From Eledone cirrhosa (Eukaryota): a stretch of DNA of 64,000 nucleotides. The stretch spans positions 36,332,001 to 36,396,000 of the forward strand of contig OZ024748.1 of assembly GCA_964016885.1 (NCBI GenBank), in the 5' to 3' direction. The translations under genes and the position numbers were made by a program. Positions 45,287 through 56,668 of the stretch are shown piece by piece. Position 1 is the stretch's first letter. Each line of letters begins with the position of its first letter. A model generated the notes under the pieces. The model saw only the letters and a program-made list of their open reading frames with translations, searched no databases and was not told the origin of the DNA.

Positions 45287-45563
45287 AGATAGAGAAATAA
45301 AAGATGGAATAGATAAAGTGAAAAAGATAAGGTGTGAGAAGAAGAACGAACGTAACAAAATATTGAGAAACACATACACACACATTATATATATATATAT
45401 ATACATACATATATATATATGGTGTGCTTATCAGGGAAGTATTTTCGTTTGCTACTAGGTGATAGTAATTATCACTAGCTCATTGTTACAATAATTAGTA
45501 AGGCAATAGCAAGAAGATATCCAAATGTTGAAATATATAATTTTAAGAGTAAATAATCCTTAC

Positions 45564-45589
45564 CGTTGGTTCCTTGAACTTGTTGGCTG
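45564..45589 (-). CDS. Candidate 26-nt microexon, phase 1-0 ((S)ANKFKEPT)
   Basis: tttatctattttag| acceptor and |gtaagg donor. Confidence 0.55.
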
Positions 45590-45892
45590 CTAAAATAGAT
45601 AAACATAAAATATAACATCTCAAATATATGTACCTTTATACATATATATATACATACATTTATATATAAATACATACATACATATATGTGTATATATATA
45701 TATATTTATATATATATATATATATACACATAGATATATACATAAATACATACATATATGTGTATATATATATATATTTATATATATATATATATATATA
45801 CACATAGATATATACATACATATATATATATACATATATATATATATACACATACATACATATACACACATGTATATACATATATATATATC

Positions 45893-46330
45893 TCTAGGGT
45901 GGGTAAAATTCCCGAGATCCATGGAAGAGTTCTCTCCGGCAGTCTCTGTCCCTCATTATCGCTGCCATGTCCTGCGTCTCCAACAGACAGTGTCTGTCCT
46001 TAGGGAATCAACATACGTTAACCTTGGTCTTCCTCTTCCAGTGTGTCCATGTAGGGGCTCCCACAGGAGCACTGAGTGCAATGTCAACTCTGGATGTCGG
46101 TGAGCATGTCCAGCTAACCTCAGTCTCCTCTGTGTCACTTTTGAGCTGACTTTTAGGAGGCTCCCATACAACTCTGAGTTTTTCATCCTCAGTGTATACT
46201 GATTAATGTTCAGAGCCATCCTCAGCATTCTCATGTAGCACTCATCCACCATCTGAGTGAGTTTCTTGATCAGTGTCCAAGTCTCAGACCTGTACACCAG
46301 CACAGACTCCACTACAGCAATGAAGAGGTA
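45893..46330 (-). mobile_element. 3' fragment of a third RTE-like LINE
   Basis: ORF 45956-46513 includes VESVLVYRSETWTL, RLRLAGHAHRH and RGRPRLTYVDSL. Confidence 0.8.
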
Positions 46331-46442
46331 TGTATGTATATATATATATACACATATATATACATAAACACACAGACACACATATATATATATATATATT
46401 AGTTTTGCGAGGTTTTTGATATGAAATTGTGCGTCGAAACAA

Positions 46443-47013
46443 ATATTGTTATACTTGGGGAGGGTCATATTGTTATAATAATATTGCCAGAAATAATAAC
46501 AGAACACACTCACTGTTTGGTTGGTTTTCGCTTCTGTATCTTTTATATCAGTTAATTTATTCGGTCCTCAATGTTGCCATTGACTGACCAATGTTCAAAA
46601 ATACAGATATAATATAGACACAAACACATATATATAGTCTAACAAAGTTCTTTCGTTGCACATCTGCAACATCGTCAGTGGTGCTATTATGTTTCCTCCT
46701 GTTGTACTGTATGTCATCTTTATTGAAATAAAGATGGCGTAGAGATACAATACAACAGGAGCAAACATAAGAGCACCACTGACGATGTTGCAGATGTGCA
46801 ACGAAAGAACTTTGTTAGACTATATATATGTGTTTGTGTCTATATTATATCTGTATTTTTGAACATTGGTCAGTCAATGGTAAACATTGAGGACCGAATA
46901 AATTAACTGATATAAAAGATACAGAAGCGAAAACCAACCAAACAGTGAGTGTGTTCTATTATTATTTCTGGCAATATTATTACAACAATATGACCCACCC
47001 CAAGTATAACAAT
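46443..47013. mobile_element. Head-to-head inverted pair of H1 elements (~570-bp palindrome)
   Basis: Centre catctttatt-ga-aataaagatg at ~46725; arms end in ...cccaagtataacaata. Confidence 0.8.
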
Positions 47014-47660
47014 ATATATATATACACATCTATCTATATATATATGGTGGCTGCCAACTCGTTTTCGAGTACGGCCACTACTTTATATCCATGTAGGAGA
47101 AGCCCTGCCGATGCACTGAACAAGTGTGAGATTTTAGTCCAGCCAGTGACTTGAAAACTCTGGTACAAACACTACACTTGTGACAATTATTGACACCTAG
47201 TGCTGGGCCCATGGTGTCATGTGACGACAAGTGCAGAGAGATCTCCAGATATAAAGCAATGCCTGTGCCGTGAAGCTTTCATAGTGAGCAAAGGCACTGC
47301 ACAAAGCCAGTCCCTCTCTCTTAACCAAGATGATATTTACCAAAAAAGAAGAACAAGTCAACATCATTGTATACCATCAGAGTTGCAGGTGGTGTTATAT
47401 CAGAGTTTTCCTTCTCCTAGAATTCTGCCTTGACAAAGGCTAAGGGGTCATCTCTCCTGGTGATTTTGGATGGCCATTGACTCTTAAGAGCTCCTTTGCC
47501 TTTTGACAGGTTTTGTTTTTAGTCCTGCAGGATGTCCAAAGTCACCCTCCTCAGTTTAGTAGCCAATGACCCGACCATGAGACAGGTTGTACTGGCATAC
47601 ATGTCACCAGTAGCACCAACTGGTGACCTGACACATATATATTTATATATATATATATAA

Positions 47661-47695
<35 letters not shown>

Positions 47696-48691
47696 AATAT
47701 ATATATAAATAAATATATATATATAAATATATACATATATATACTTACACACACACATATATATATATATATACATATACATACATATAAAAGGATCAAT
47801 CGACTTTAGTAAAATTGGATAAGAGGAAACAATGTTTTCGTCGGTCTTTCCAGTTGCTAGTACTATCTATCGGTTGCAACTCCAGGTAGAAGGAGCAACG
47901 TGAAACAAAGTGTCTTGCTCAAGGACATATCATATATCTATTCCATCTTTTATTTCTCTTTCTTAGTGGTTAGAGCATTGGGTTTGCAATCGAAAGGTTG
48001 TGAGTTCAATTCTCAGACCGGGTGATGTGTTGTTTCCTTGAGCAAGACACTTTATTTCACATTGCTCCAGTTTACTCAGCTGTAGAAATGAGATGATAGG
48101 ACTAGAGTCCATATCATTCCACTGCAAAGTGGTCGTGGAGGTGCCACGGCAAAAAAAAAAAAAGCACCCAGCCCACACTGTAAAGTGGATGTGTAGGCGC
48201 CACGGAAAAAAAGCAGCCAGCATCACTGTAAATGAGGGTGGTGTTAGGAAGTGCATCCAGCTGTAGAAATCAAGCCAGAATCAGTTCTCGACCCACCCTT
48301 GCAAGCAGTGAAAAGCAGATGTAAAATGATGATGATGATATATATATATATATTGAAACATTCATCCGCTGGTTATTTGTATGCAGTTAATAGCAATACT
48401 ATTTTCAATAGTAGACGAGTGAGCAATAGGAATTTTGTTATCTGTCTTTATATTAGATGGAATATGAGATGGGAAAAAGTAAAGTTGATTTTAGGAAGAT
48501 CTGGATTCAGAATGTAAAAAAACGGAAATATCTATGGTAAATTGTTTAGAATAGAGTTTTCTCTTTGTTCCATTAAATACAATAATAACATTTAGAAATA
48601 TAGATTTGTTAAAAATGGCACATTTCCATTTGACTACAAATGTGAATAAAGCTGATTGTTGATAATATTATTATGAAGGAAGTTTACTTAC

Positions 48692-48713
48692 ATGCGTAAC
48701 CAGTATTATATTT
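48692..48713 (-). CDS. Duplicated 22-nt microexon (KYNTGYA)
   Basis: Identical to 44874-44895 with intact splice sites. Confidence 0.5.
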
Positions 48714-49381
48714 CTATAAAAAATAAAATAAAAGGAAAGAATTTATTATAGCAAGATTGTACACAGTTAAGTTAGTTGAAAATAGTAACACAAATCGTGT
48801 AAGAAGAAATCAGGAATAAAAAAGCAAATGGAACAGTCCCCCAAAAATATATATTAGTTTAACCCTTTAGCATTTACTGTAATCTAAATATACTATTGTA
48901 TTTTTACAGTAAAGGCTTTAATTTACATAATTATCTCACATAATATTGAATCTATGAAATTTTGATGTTATTCATTTTCAGAAGAATACTTTAATGTCAG
49001 TATGAGTGGCCGGTTACAGCTGGTTTAAATGCTAAAGGCTTAAGGCTTAGAATTTACAGGAAAAGAGTCTTAACGTTTCAGATGCGAATCCTTCATCAGA
49101 AAAAAGAAAGAGAAATAAAAGATGGAATAGATAAAGTGAAAAAGATAAGGTGTGAGAAGAAGAACGAACGTAACAAAATATTGAGAAACACATACACACA
49201 CATTATATATATATATATATACATACATATATATATATGGTGTGCTTATCAGGGAAGTATTTTCGTTTGCTACTAGGTGATAGTAATTATCACTAGCTCA
49301 TTGTTACAATAATTAGTAAGGCAATAGCAAGAAGATATCCAAATGTTGAAATATATAATTTTAAGAGTAAATAATCCTTAC

Positions 49382-49407
49382 CGTTGGTTCCTTGAACTTG
49401 TTGGCTG
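49382..49407 (-). CDS. Duplicated 26-nt microexon ((S)ANKFKEPT)
   Basis: Identical to 45564-45589; acceptor tttctctattttag. Confidence 0.5.
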
Positions 49408-50132
49408 CTAAAATAGAGAAACATAAAATATAACATCTCAGTGTTCTATTATTATTTCTGGCAATATTATTACAACAATATGACCCTCCCCAAGTATAAC
49501 AATATATATATATACGAGTGGCTGCCAACTCGTTTTCGAGTACGGCCACTACTTTATATCCATGTAGGAGAACCCCTGCCGATGCACTGAACAAGTGTGA
49601 GATTGTAGTCCAGCCAGTGACTTGAAAACTCTGGTACAAACACTACACTTGTGACAATTATTGACACTTGGTGCTGGGCCCATGGTACCATGTGACGACA
49701 AGTGCAGAGAGATCTCCAGATATAAAGCAATGCCTGTGCCGTGAAGCTTTTATAGTGAGCAAAGGCACTGCACAAAGCCAGTCCCACTCTCTTAACCAAG
49801 ATGATGTTTACCAAAAAAGAAGAACAAGTCAACATCATTGGATACCATCAGAGTTGCAGGTGTTATATCAGAGTTTTCCTTAGCCTAGAATTCTGCCTTG
49901 ACAAAGGCTAAGGGGTCATCTCTCCTGGTGATTTTGGATGGCCATTGACTCTTAAGAGCTCCTTTGCTCTTTGACAGGTTTCGTTTTTAGTCCTGCAGGA
50001 TGTCCAAAGTCACCCTCCTCACCAAGAAACCTTGGTGGGGTTGTCAGTTTAGTCGCCAATGACACGACCATGAGACAGGTCGTACTGGGATACATGTTAC
50101 CAGTAGCACCAACTGGTGACCTGACACATATA

Positions 50133-50174
<42 letters not shown>

Positions 50175-50186
50175 TATATACTTTAT

Positions 50187-51363
50187 ATATACTTTAACTT
50201 TAATTATATCTCATAAAATAATACAACTGGTTTTTCCACATTATACATTTTGTTAGCACCCCAAACACTTAAATTGGTTTATATTTTAATATAACCTAAT
50301 GTTTGTTGAGTGAGATGGTTACCAGTCAGAGTTTGGCTTTAAACTATCTCTGTTATTGTATTAAATATTTACTCTTGATTGGCCAGAGGTGTTTATTTCC
50401 AGGTACCTTATGAATTTGACTTTCCGTATTTATTACTGTTGTGAAATATTGTGGCTTTTTTTTGGTTGTAACTTCTCTGTTTTTTAGCCTAGGAAAATAT
50501 ATATTTATATGCCTACGTATATAATTACATGCATATGTGTATTTATTTTCTTTCATTAATTGAGTTCTTTACATGAGGAACTAATATTGGTTTTGTAATA
50601 ACTAATTAACCCGCGTGTGTTTTATATTTTACTCTTAATATTTCGGCCGGAGAATTATATTCCCATTTGCCCTTTATAGCATAACTTTCTGCATTTACTG
50701 CGGTTATGAGAAGCGGTTCTTATTCGGGTACAAATTCTGATTTAGCCTAAGAAAATATCTATATGCGTGTGTAATTTATAGAAGCATATATTTATTTTTT
50801 TTATTTTCAATTGAGTTCTTAAACACGTCGGATTGACAATGTTTTCAAAAAAACTAATTAACCCGCGTGTATATTATTTTTTTCCTCATTTCGTGGCTTG
50901 TCTCCCCTTCCCGCTTCGTGTCGCTATGATACTTCCTCAGTCAAAAACTGCTGGAATTTCAAATTTGGCGGTCATTCGAGGTGAGAGAGAGCTACTTTAC
51001 GGACATGATTTTTGACAGCGGTAAGAATTTGTTTTCCTATATCAATGTTTAATGGGCTTCCACTGACGATTTATAAGTGCCCACCTAAATATATTCTTAC
51101 ATGAATATATATTAGGCTTCTACATAAACTGGAAACATTCTCCCAAACTTGTAGAAAACTTATAATGAAACAATTGTTTGGAAAGAGATATACTTTAACT
51201 TTAATTATATCTCATAAAATAATACAACTGGTTTTTCCACATTATACATTTTGTTAGCACCCCAAACACTTAAATTGGGTTTATATTTTAATATAACCTA
51301 ATGTTTGTTGAGTGAGATGGTTACCAGTCAGAGTTTAGCTTTAAACTATCTCTATTATTGTAT

Positions 51364-51369
<6 letters not shown>
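50187..51369 (+). mobile_element. Non-coding partial-tandem element (~180-bp direct repeats, period 1001) with hammerhead, Penelope/retrozyme-like
   Basis: 50187-50368 is repeated at 51188-51369. The element is absent from the paralogous (TA)n tracts at ~43815-43960 and ~47635-47780. Confidence 0.75.
51058..51183 (+). ncRNA. Type I hammerhead with large stem II insertion (H9)
   Basis: ttcca-CTGACGA-t-ttataagt...acttataa-t-GAAA-CAATTG-TT-tggaa. Palindromic ACAAUUGU, GUU triplet. Confidence 0.65.
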
Positions 51370-51406
<37 letters not shown>

Positions 51407-51438
51407 CTATATATATAAATATATACATATATATACTT

Positions 51439-51519
<81 letters not shown>

Positions 51520-51678
51520 CATATAAAAGGATCAATCGACTTTAGTAAAATCGGATCGAGGAAACAATGTTTTCGTCGGTCTTTCCAGTTGCTAGTACTA
51601 TCTATCGGTTGCAACTCCAGGTAGAAGGAGCAACGTGAAACAAAGTGTCTTGCTCAAGGACATATCATATATATATAC

Positions 51679-51710
<32 letters not shown>

Positions 51711-51797
51711 TTACTCTTTTACCTGTTCCAGCGATCCAGCTGAGGCCATGCTGGGGCATCACCCTTGTTGCTTCACATTTTATCTCCAGCCTGTATA
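51711..51797 (-). mobile_element. 3' tip of the CR1-group LINE family
   Basis: Matches 12595-12680, including the AAAAGAGT tail. Confidence 0.75.
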
Positions 51798-52532
51798 TGT
51801 ATATACGTACATACATACATACATAACCAGAGAACTGCATGCGGGGGATAAAGTGGTGTATGTATCTCTTTAACTCATGGGACATATTTCTCATCCCTCT
51901 TACCAGGTCCGCTATCAAGAGATATTGAACTTAGCACAATTGGAGATAGCTGAGTTCCAGTGGATCAGGTAATTGGAGACTATGGGCTTGCTATAATGTG
52001 AATGGGGAATTTGGATTTTATCATTCCTCCTTTCCATCCAGAGTTCTGTGACTAACACGAGTAATCTATGATTGGGGTGCTTAGTAGGCTGGTCTATTGT
52101 TACCTTAATGCTCATGAAGGAATTCTTGGTAGTAGATACTATGTATATAGCAAGTGAAATGGGAAGCATTTGATATTTTAAAATTAAAAACAAACACTTT
52201 ATTGGAAACGTACAATTATATATTCTCTCCCTGGACTGTTGCTCTTCCTTTTGTTTCATTGGGTCTGACTTTCTTGTCCATACTGAAGCATGTAAAAAAT
52301 TAAGAGATTAAAAACCCTAATCAAGATTTAGAAGGAATTTAGATAAACGAAAACAAAAATTCCGGTAGTAGTAAAACCAGGAATTCCTATCAGCAGAACT
52401 TAAACTTCTAAGAAAATATTCTGTACCGATAGAAAGTGTTCATAGATAAACAGTAAAACTAGAAATCTAATTTAAACTATCAGAAAATCTTTTTGTAGAT
52501 GAACCAGATTGAAAATATTTTTATATATTGGA

Positions 52533-52564
<32 letters not shown>

Positions 52565-52708
52565 GGGTTAAAGATTCATAAGGAATTTTGAATACGCAGC
52601 ATCAAATATTGAATGATGGTCGCTGACTAAAATTAAGCTTCAGGTGATAGTTCTACAGAGCTCCTTGGAAAACTGTTTATAGGCTCTGTCATTTTTAGAC
52701 ACTAACAT

Positions 52709-53052
52709 GGAGGCACATGGCTTAGTGGTTAGAGCATTGGGTTTGCAATCGAAAGGTTGTGAGTTCAATTCTCAGACCGGGTGATGTGTTGTTTCCTTGA
52801 GCAAGACACTTTATTTCACATTGCTCCAGTTTACTCAGCTGTAGAAATGAGATGATAGGGACTGGGGTCCATATCATTCCACTGCAAAGTGGTCGTGAAT
52901 GTGCCATGGCAACAAAGCACCCAGCACTCACTGTAAAATGAGGTTGGTGTTAGGAAGGGAATCCAGCTGTAGAAATCAAGCCAGAATCAGTTTCTGTCCC
53001 ACCCTTGCAAGCAGGGAAAAAGCGGACATAAAAGGAAATGAATGATGAAATG
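52709..53052 (+). mobile_element. Full-length tRNA-derived SINE with RTE tail
   Basis: A box TGGCTTAGTGG, B box GAGTTCAATTC. Tail cccacccttgcaagcagggaaaaagcggac is nearly identical to 39125-39155. Confidence 0.85.
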
Positions 53053-53269
53053 ATAATTTTAAGAAAGGCATAGATATTACAATAACTAACATCAACTCTG
53101 TTATGAATGAGATCTGATCTAGTTTAAAACTTTAGTTCATCAGGATGATTGATTGTTTCCCTGCTACTTCCATCTTCAAGATGTCCTTGCTTTTATCTAT
53201 TGCACTATTGCATATATGTTTATATATATATATTTATATATGTTTATATATATATGTATATATATATGT

Positions 53270-53585
53270 GTGACGTCCGAACGAGTATTGTCAAACTCCA
53301 ACTATCTTACTCTCTGCCTCTTGGTTCCAGCAGCCAACAGGATGGAGAATACATTTCCCCAGAGGAGGGTGAGGGAGTTGCACTGAAACAGATATTCCAC
53401 CACTCGGAGCTCCCACCTGCGGAGGGCAGCCAACTCCACTCCGATAGTGGGTAGGGATGTGGTCTGGGTGGGCCAAGAATGCTGGAAGTCTCCACAGATA
53501 CAGGCCCTTCCATAAACCTATCAGAGAGCATCTGATACTGGAACAGTTTGCTTTCTTTGGCCCTCCGGGCAGCAGAGCCTAGGCT
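53270..53585 (-). mobile_element. 3' fragment of a CRE-like non-LTR retrotransposon (restriction-like endonuclease C-terminus)
   Basis: Minus-strand translation GSAARRAKESKLFQYQMLSDRF..PVSVETSSILGP, then after a frameshift YLFQCNSLTLLWGNVFSIL. Resembles the CRE-clade pattern K..KY...P.A.ET.G..G...QR.S....GNA..I. Confidence 0.65.
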
Positions 53586-53616
53586 TTATATTTTTTTATT
53601 AAGAAGGTATACTTAC

Positions 53617-53638
53617 ATTGATAATTTTCGTTGTTGAT
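53617..53638 (-). CDS. Candidate 22-nt microexon, phase 0-1 (INNENYQ)
   Basis: Long polypyrimidine tract ending ...ttcttttaaag| acceptor and |gtaagt donor. Confidence 0.55.
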
Positions 53639-54336
53639 CTTTAAAAGAAAAAAAGTAAAATGTAGCTGTTTTATTTGGCCTGATATTGTGTGCATGTATA
53701 TTTCACAGAGGTCAGCACAAGAAAATTAGAAAGAGAATGGAACTTTTAACAGAATTAAATAATTAAAGAATAAATAAGAAAAGAAAGAGAGACATTGTCT
53801 AATTCTACTCCAATAAATAAATAACTTTTGTTTCACATGACCAGAACAATTGATGATCTTTATTATTTTATTTTGTAATTTTGCCACTGTGCTACAAATA
53901 TCTTATATCTGATTGAATTAATGTTTGTAATAATATAAGGTTAACAACACAACCTCACAGTCTGTCATAGTAATAATATAAGGTTAACAACAACACAACC
54001 TCACAGTCTGTCATAGTTATTGTGGGTATGGTGTGGCGTGCGGTGGCCGGAAGCGGGGGAGTGCTCGACCGGAAGGGTGCTTGGCCGAAAGGATGCTCGA
54101 CCGGAAGGGCCAGCAGAGGGCCTCTCTCTAGTGGTGACCAGCAAACGGTGTGGACGCGAGTTTTGGGCAGCTCCCGGTGTTAAGCAGTTGGACGCACGTG
54201 GAAGAGGAGTAACCTGCAGTGGAGTTTAGCGGCGCCTATGAAAAGCGGTAAGTGAGATAGCTTTTTCTAACCACAAGCTATTTCGGCGACTGGAAAAAAA
54301 CAAAAAAAAAACACTTGCCGCAAGACAAATCAGAAG

Positions 54337-54516
54337 ATGGCGACAAGACTACAGATGAACGAAGCTATCAGGGCATTTACCTGGGAAGGTGATGTTGTCG
54401 CTTGGCTGCGGAAGGTTCGGCTGGTCGCAAGCTTGCAGAAGATAGAGGACGTGGCCGGCCTCATGGCACTGTACCTCGAGGGCGACGCGTTGGTACTCTT
54501 CCTTGAGCTGAAATAG
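54337..54516 (+). pseudogene. Truncated gag N-terminus
   Basis: MATRLQMNEAIRAFTWEGDVVAWLRKVRLVASLQKIEDVAGLMALYLEGDALVLFLELK*, directly after the 5' LTR leader. Confidence 0.7.
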
Positions 54517-54521
54517 GGCAC

Positions 54522-56668
54522 GTGTCATGCCACACGGGTGGCGAGGTCACGGATATCTGTGGGGAAACCCTGCGTGAGTGGAGACGCATGACGGGGGGGG
54601 GGGGTTCAGCGATCGTGGATCTAAAGTCGGCTTACTTGCAGTTGCATATAGATGAGAAGCTCTGGCGGTATCAGCTGGTCAGGTATAAGGGCCGGACATA
54701 TTGCCTGACCAGGCTCGGTTTCGGGCTGAGCTCCGCACCGAAGATCATGGCAGCGTTCCTCAAGACCGCTCTGGGGAGGGCCGACAAGATAAAGAGGGCT
54801 ACTAACTCCTATATTGACGACATCCTAGTGGACGAGTCGGTGGTGTCGGCGGCAGAGGTCACGAGCCATTTACGGAGGTATGGACTGACTGCGAAGCCAT
54901 CAGAAGCATTGGAAGGAGGAGCCGCGCTGGGACTTAGGCTACGGCGAGACAGGACGGGCGTTTTGGTATTCCAGAAGGGAAACGAAGTTCCGGAACTGGG
55001 CCCAAGTATGAGTAGGCGGGAGCTTTGCTCGGTGTGTGGAAAGCTGGTGGGTCACTACCCGATCGCTGGGTGGCTCCGGACGGCATGCAGCTATGTCAAG
55101 AGACGAGCGGGAGGGGTGACTTGGAGTGACAGAGTGGGAGAGAGGACGGTGGCCATGATGCAGGAGATCGTGGGGAGGGTGAAGGCCGACGACCCAGTGC
55201 GGGGATGCTGGTATGTTCCCAAATCACAGAGCGGGACCGTATGGTGCGATGCCAGCAGCATAGCGCTGGGTGTCACGTTGGAGATAAGAGGTGTTGAGGT
55301 CGAGGATGCAGCCTGGCTTAGAAAGAAGGACGACTGCAACCACATCAATGTGGCTGAGCTGGACGCGGTGTTGAGAGGGGTGAACCTCGCCCTGCGGTGG
55401 GGGCTGCGCACCATTGAGATACGCACCGACTCGGCTACTGTACTCGGATGGGTAAGATCAGTGCTCACCAGTGAGAAGAGAGTGCGAACGAGAGGCGCGG
55501 CGGAGATGCTGATAAAGCGCCGCCTGGGAACGTTAGGAGAGCTGGCCACCGAGTTCGACCTGAAGCTGAGCGTAGTTTTCGTGCCCTCAGAGAAAAATAG
55601 GGCGGACATCTTAACTAGAGTGAAGAAAGCCTGGATGGAAGCGCCGGAGGAGGTAGAGGATGAGATAGCTGCCGTGTGTCGGCTGACCGAGTCAGATCTG
55701 AAGGGGTTGCATGACATGCACCACATGGGGGTGGATAGGAGCCTGTTCCTAGCCAGGAGAATCGACTCGGACGTTAGCAGACACAGTGTTCGGGGGGGGG
55801 GGTTAGAGGCTGCGTCCGATGTCAGTCCATTGATCCCGCCCCAGGTGTACATGAAACGGGAAGCCTCCCGGAGGATCGCGACTGGAAGCGATTAGCGGTG
55901 GATGTGACGCACTACCGACAGGGAACGTACCTCTCGATGGTCGATTGTGGACCAGGTCGAATGGTGATATGGAGGGAGATGAGGACTGGAACGGCCGAGG
56001 AAATCGTGCGGATGTTGAGAGAGGTGTTCTTGGAATGGGGCCCTGTGGACGAACTGTTGATGGACAACAGCTCAGCGTTCCGCTCAGAGGCACTGAGGGA
56101 GATGCTCGATTGATGGAAGGTGGACCGTTTCTTCAGAGCGGCGCACAGGCCGAACGGGAATGGAATCGTGGAGCGACACCACCGGACAATCAAGGCAATG
56201 GCGGAGCAGGGCCATATCTCACCAATGGAGGCAGTGTTCTGGTACAATATGTCCCCTCGGGTTGGACAGGTCGAGGAATCGGTGCCACACAGAGCAGTAT
56301 TCAAATACGAGTGGCGGCATCCGTACACGCCACCACAACGGCCAGTGGGGAGAGAGAGTGCATTCGTGCAGGTGCGCGAACAAGTCTGGGTTAAGCCCCC
56401 AGATGCACGTTGCACATCTCAATCGGGAAGGGGAACGGTGACGGCCGTAGGTTCAAAGAACAATGTGTCCGTGGACGGGGTACCACGTCATGTCCTGGAT
56501 GTAAGAAGAATCACTGTGTCGACGGACTCCGAGGAAGAGGAAACCCAAGATGAGGTGGAAACCCAGAGCTCTGCCCCAATACTACGGAGATCGCAACGAA
56601 GTCGTAGACCACCAACCTGGACAGCAGACTTTCGTATGCAGAGGGACGAGGGGGAAATTGATCCTTGA
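54522..56668 (+). pseudogene. pol remnant (partial RT, RNase H, integrase) with a frameshift in the G-run near 55790-55800 and a stop at ~56111
   Basis: DLKSAYLQ, YIDDIL, CDASS, HINVAELDAV, TDS, HHMG, DVTH, DNSSAF, GNGIVERHHRTIK. Confidence 0.9.

Larger units (their letters stand above)
42872..45622. repeat. Segmental duplication copy 1 (~2.75 kb)
   Basis: Nearly identical to 46692-49440, offset 3818-3820. Confidence 0.95.
46692..49440. repeat. Segmental duplication copy 2
   Basis: See 42872-45622. Confidence 0.95.
49441..51670. repeat. Third, more diverged partial copy of 43131-44115, interrupted by a 1.2-kb insertion
   Basis: Restarts at gtgttctattattatttctgg and matches through ...gtcttgctcaaggacatatcatat. 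Confidence 0.85.

Noticed and set aside
51850-52290. Coding-looking unique stretch (ORF 51915-52259)
   Set aside because: No recognisable motifs or convincing splice sites; left unassigned.
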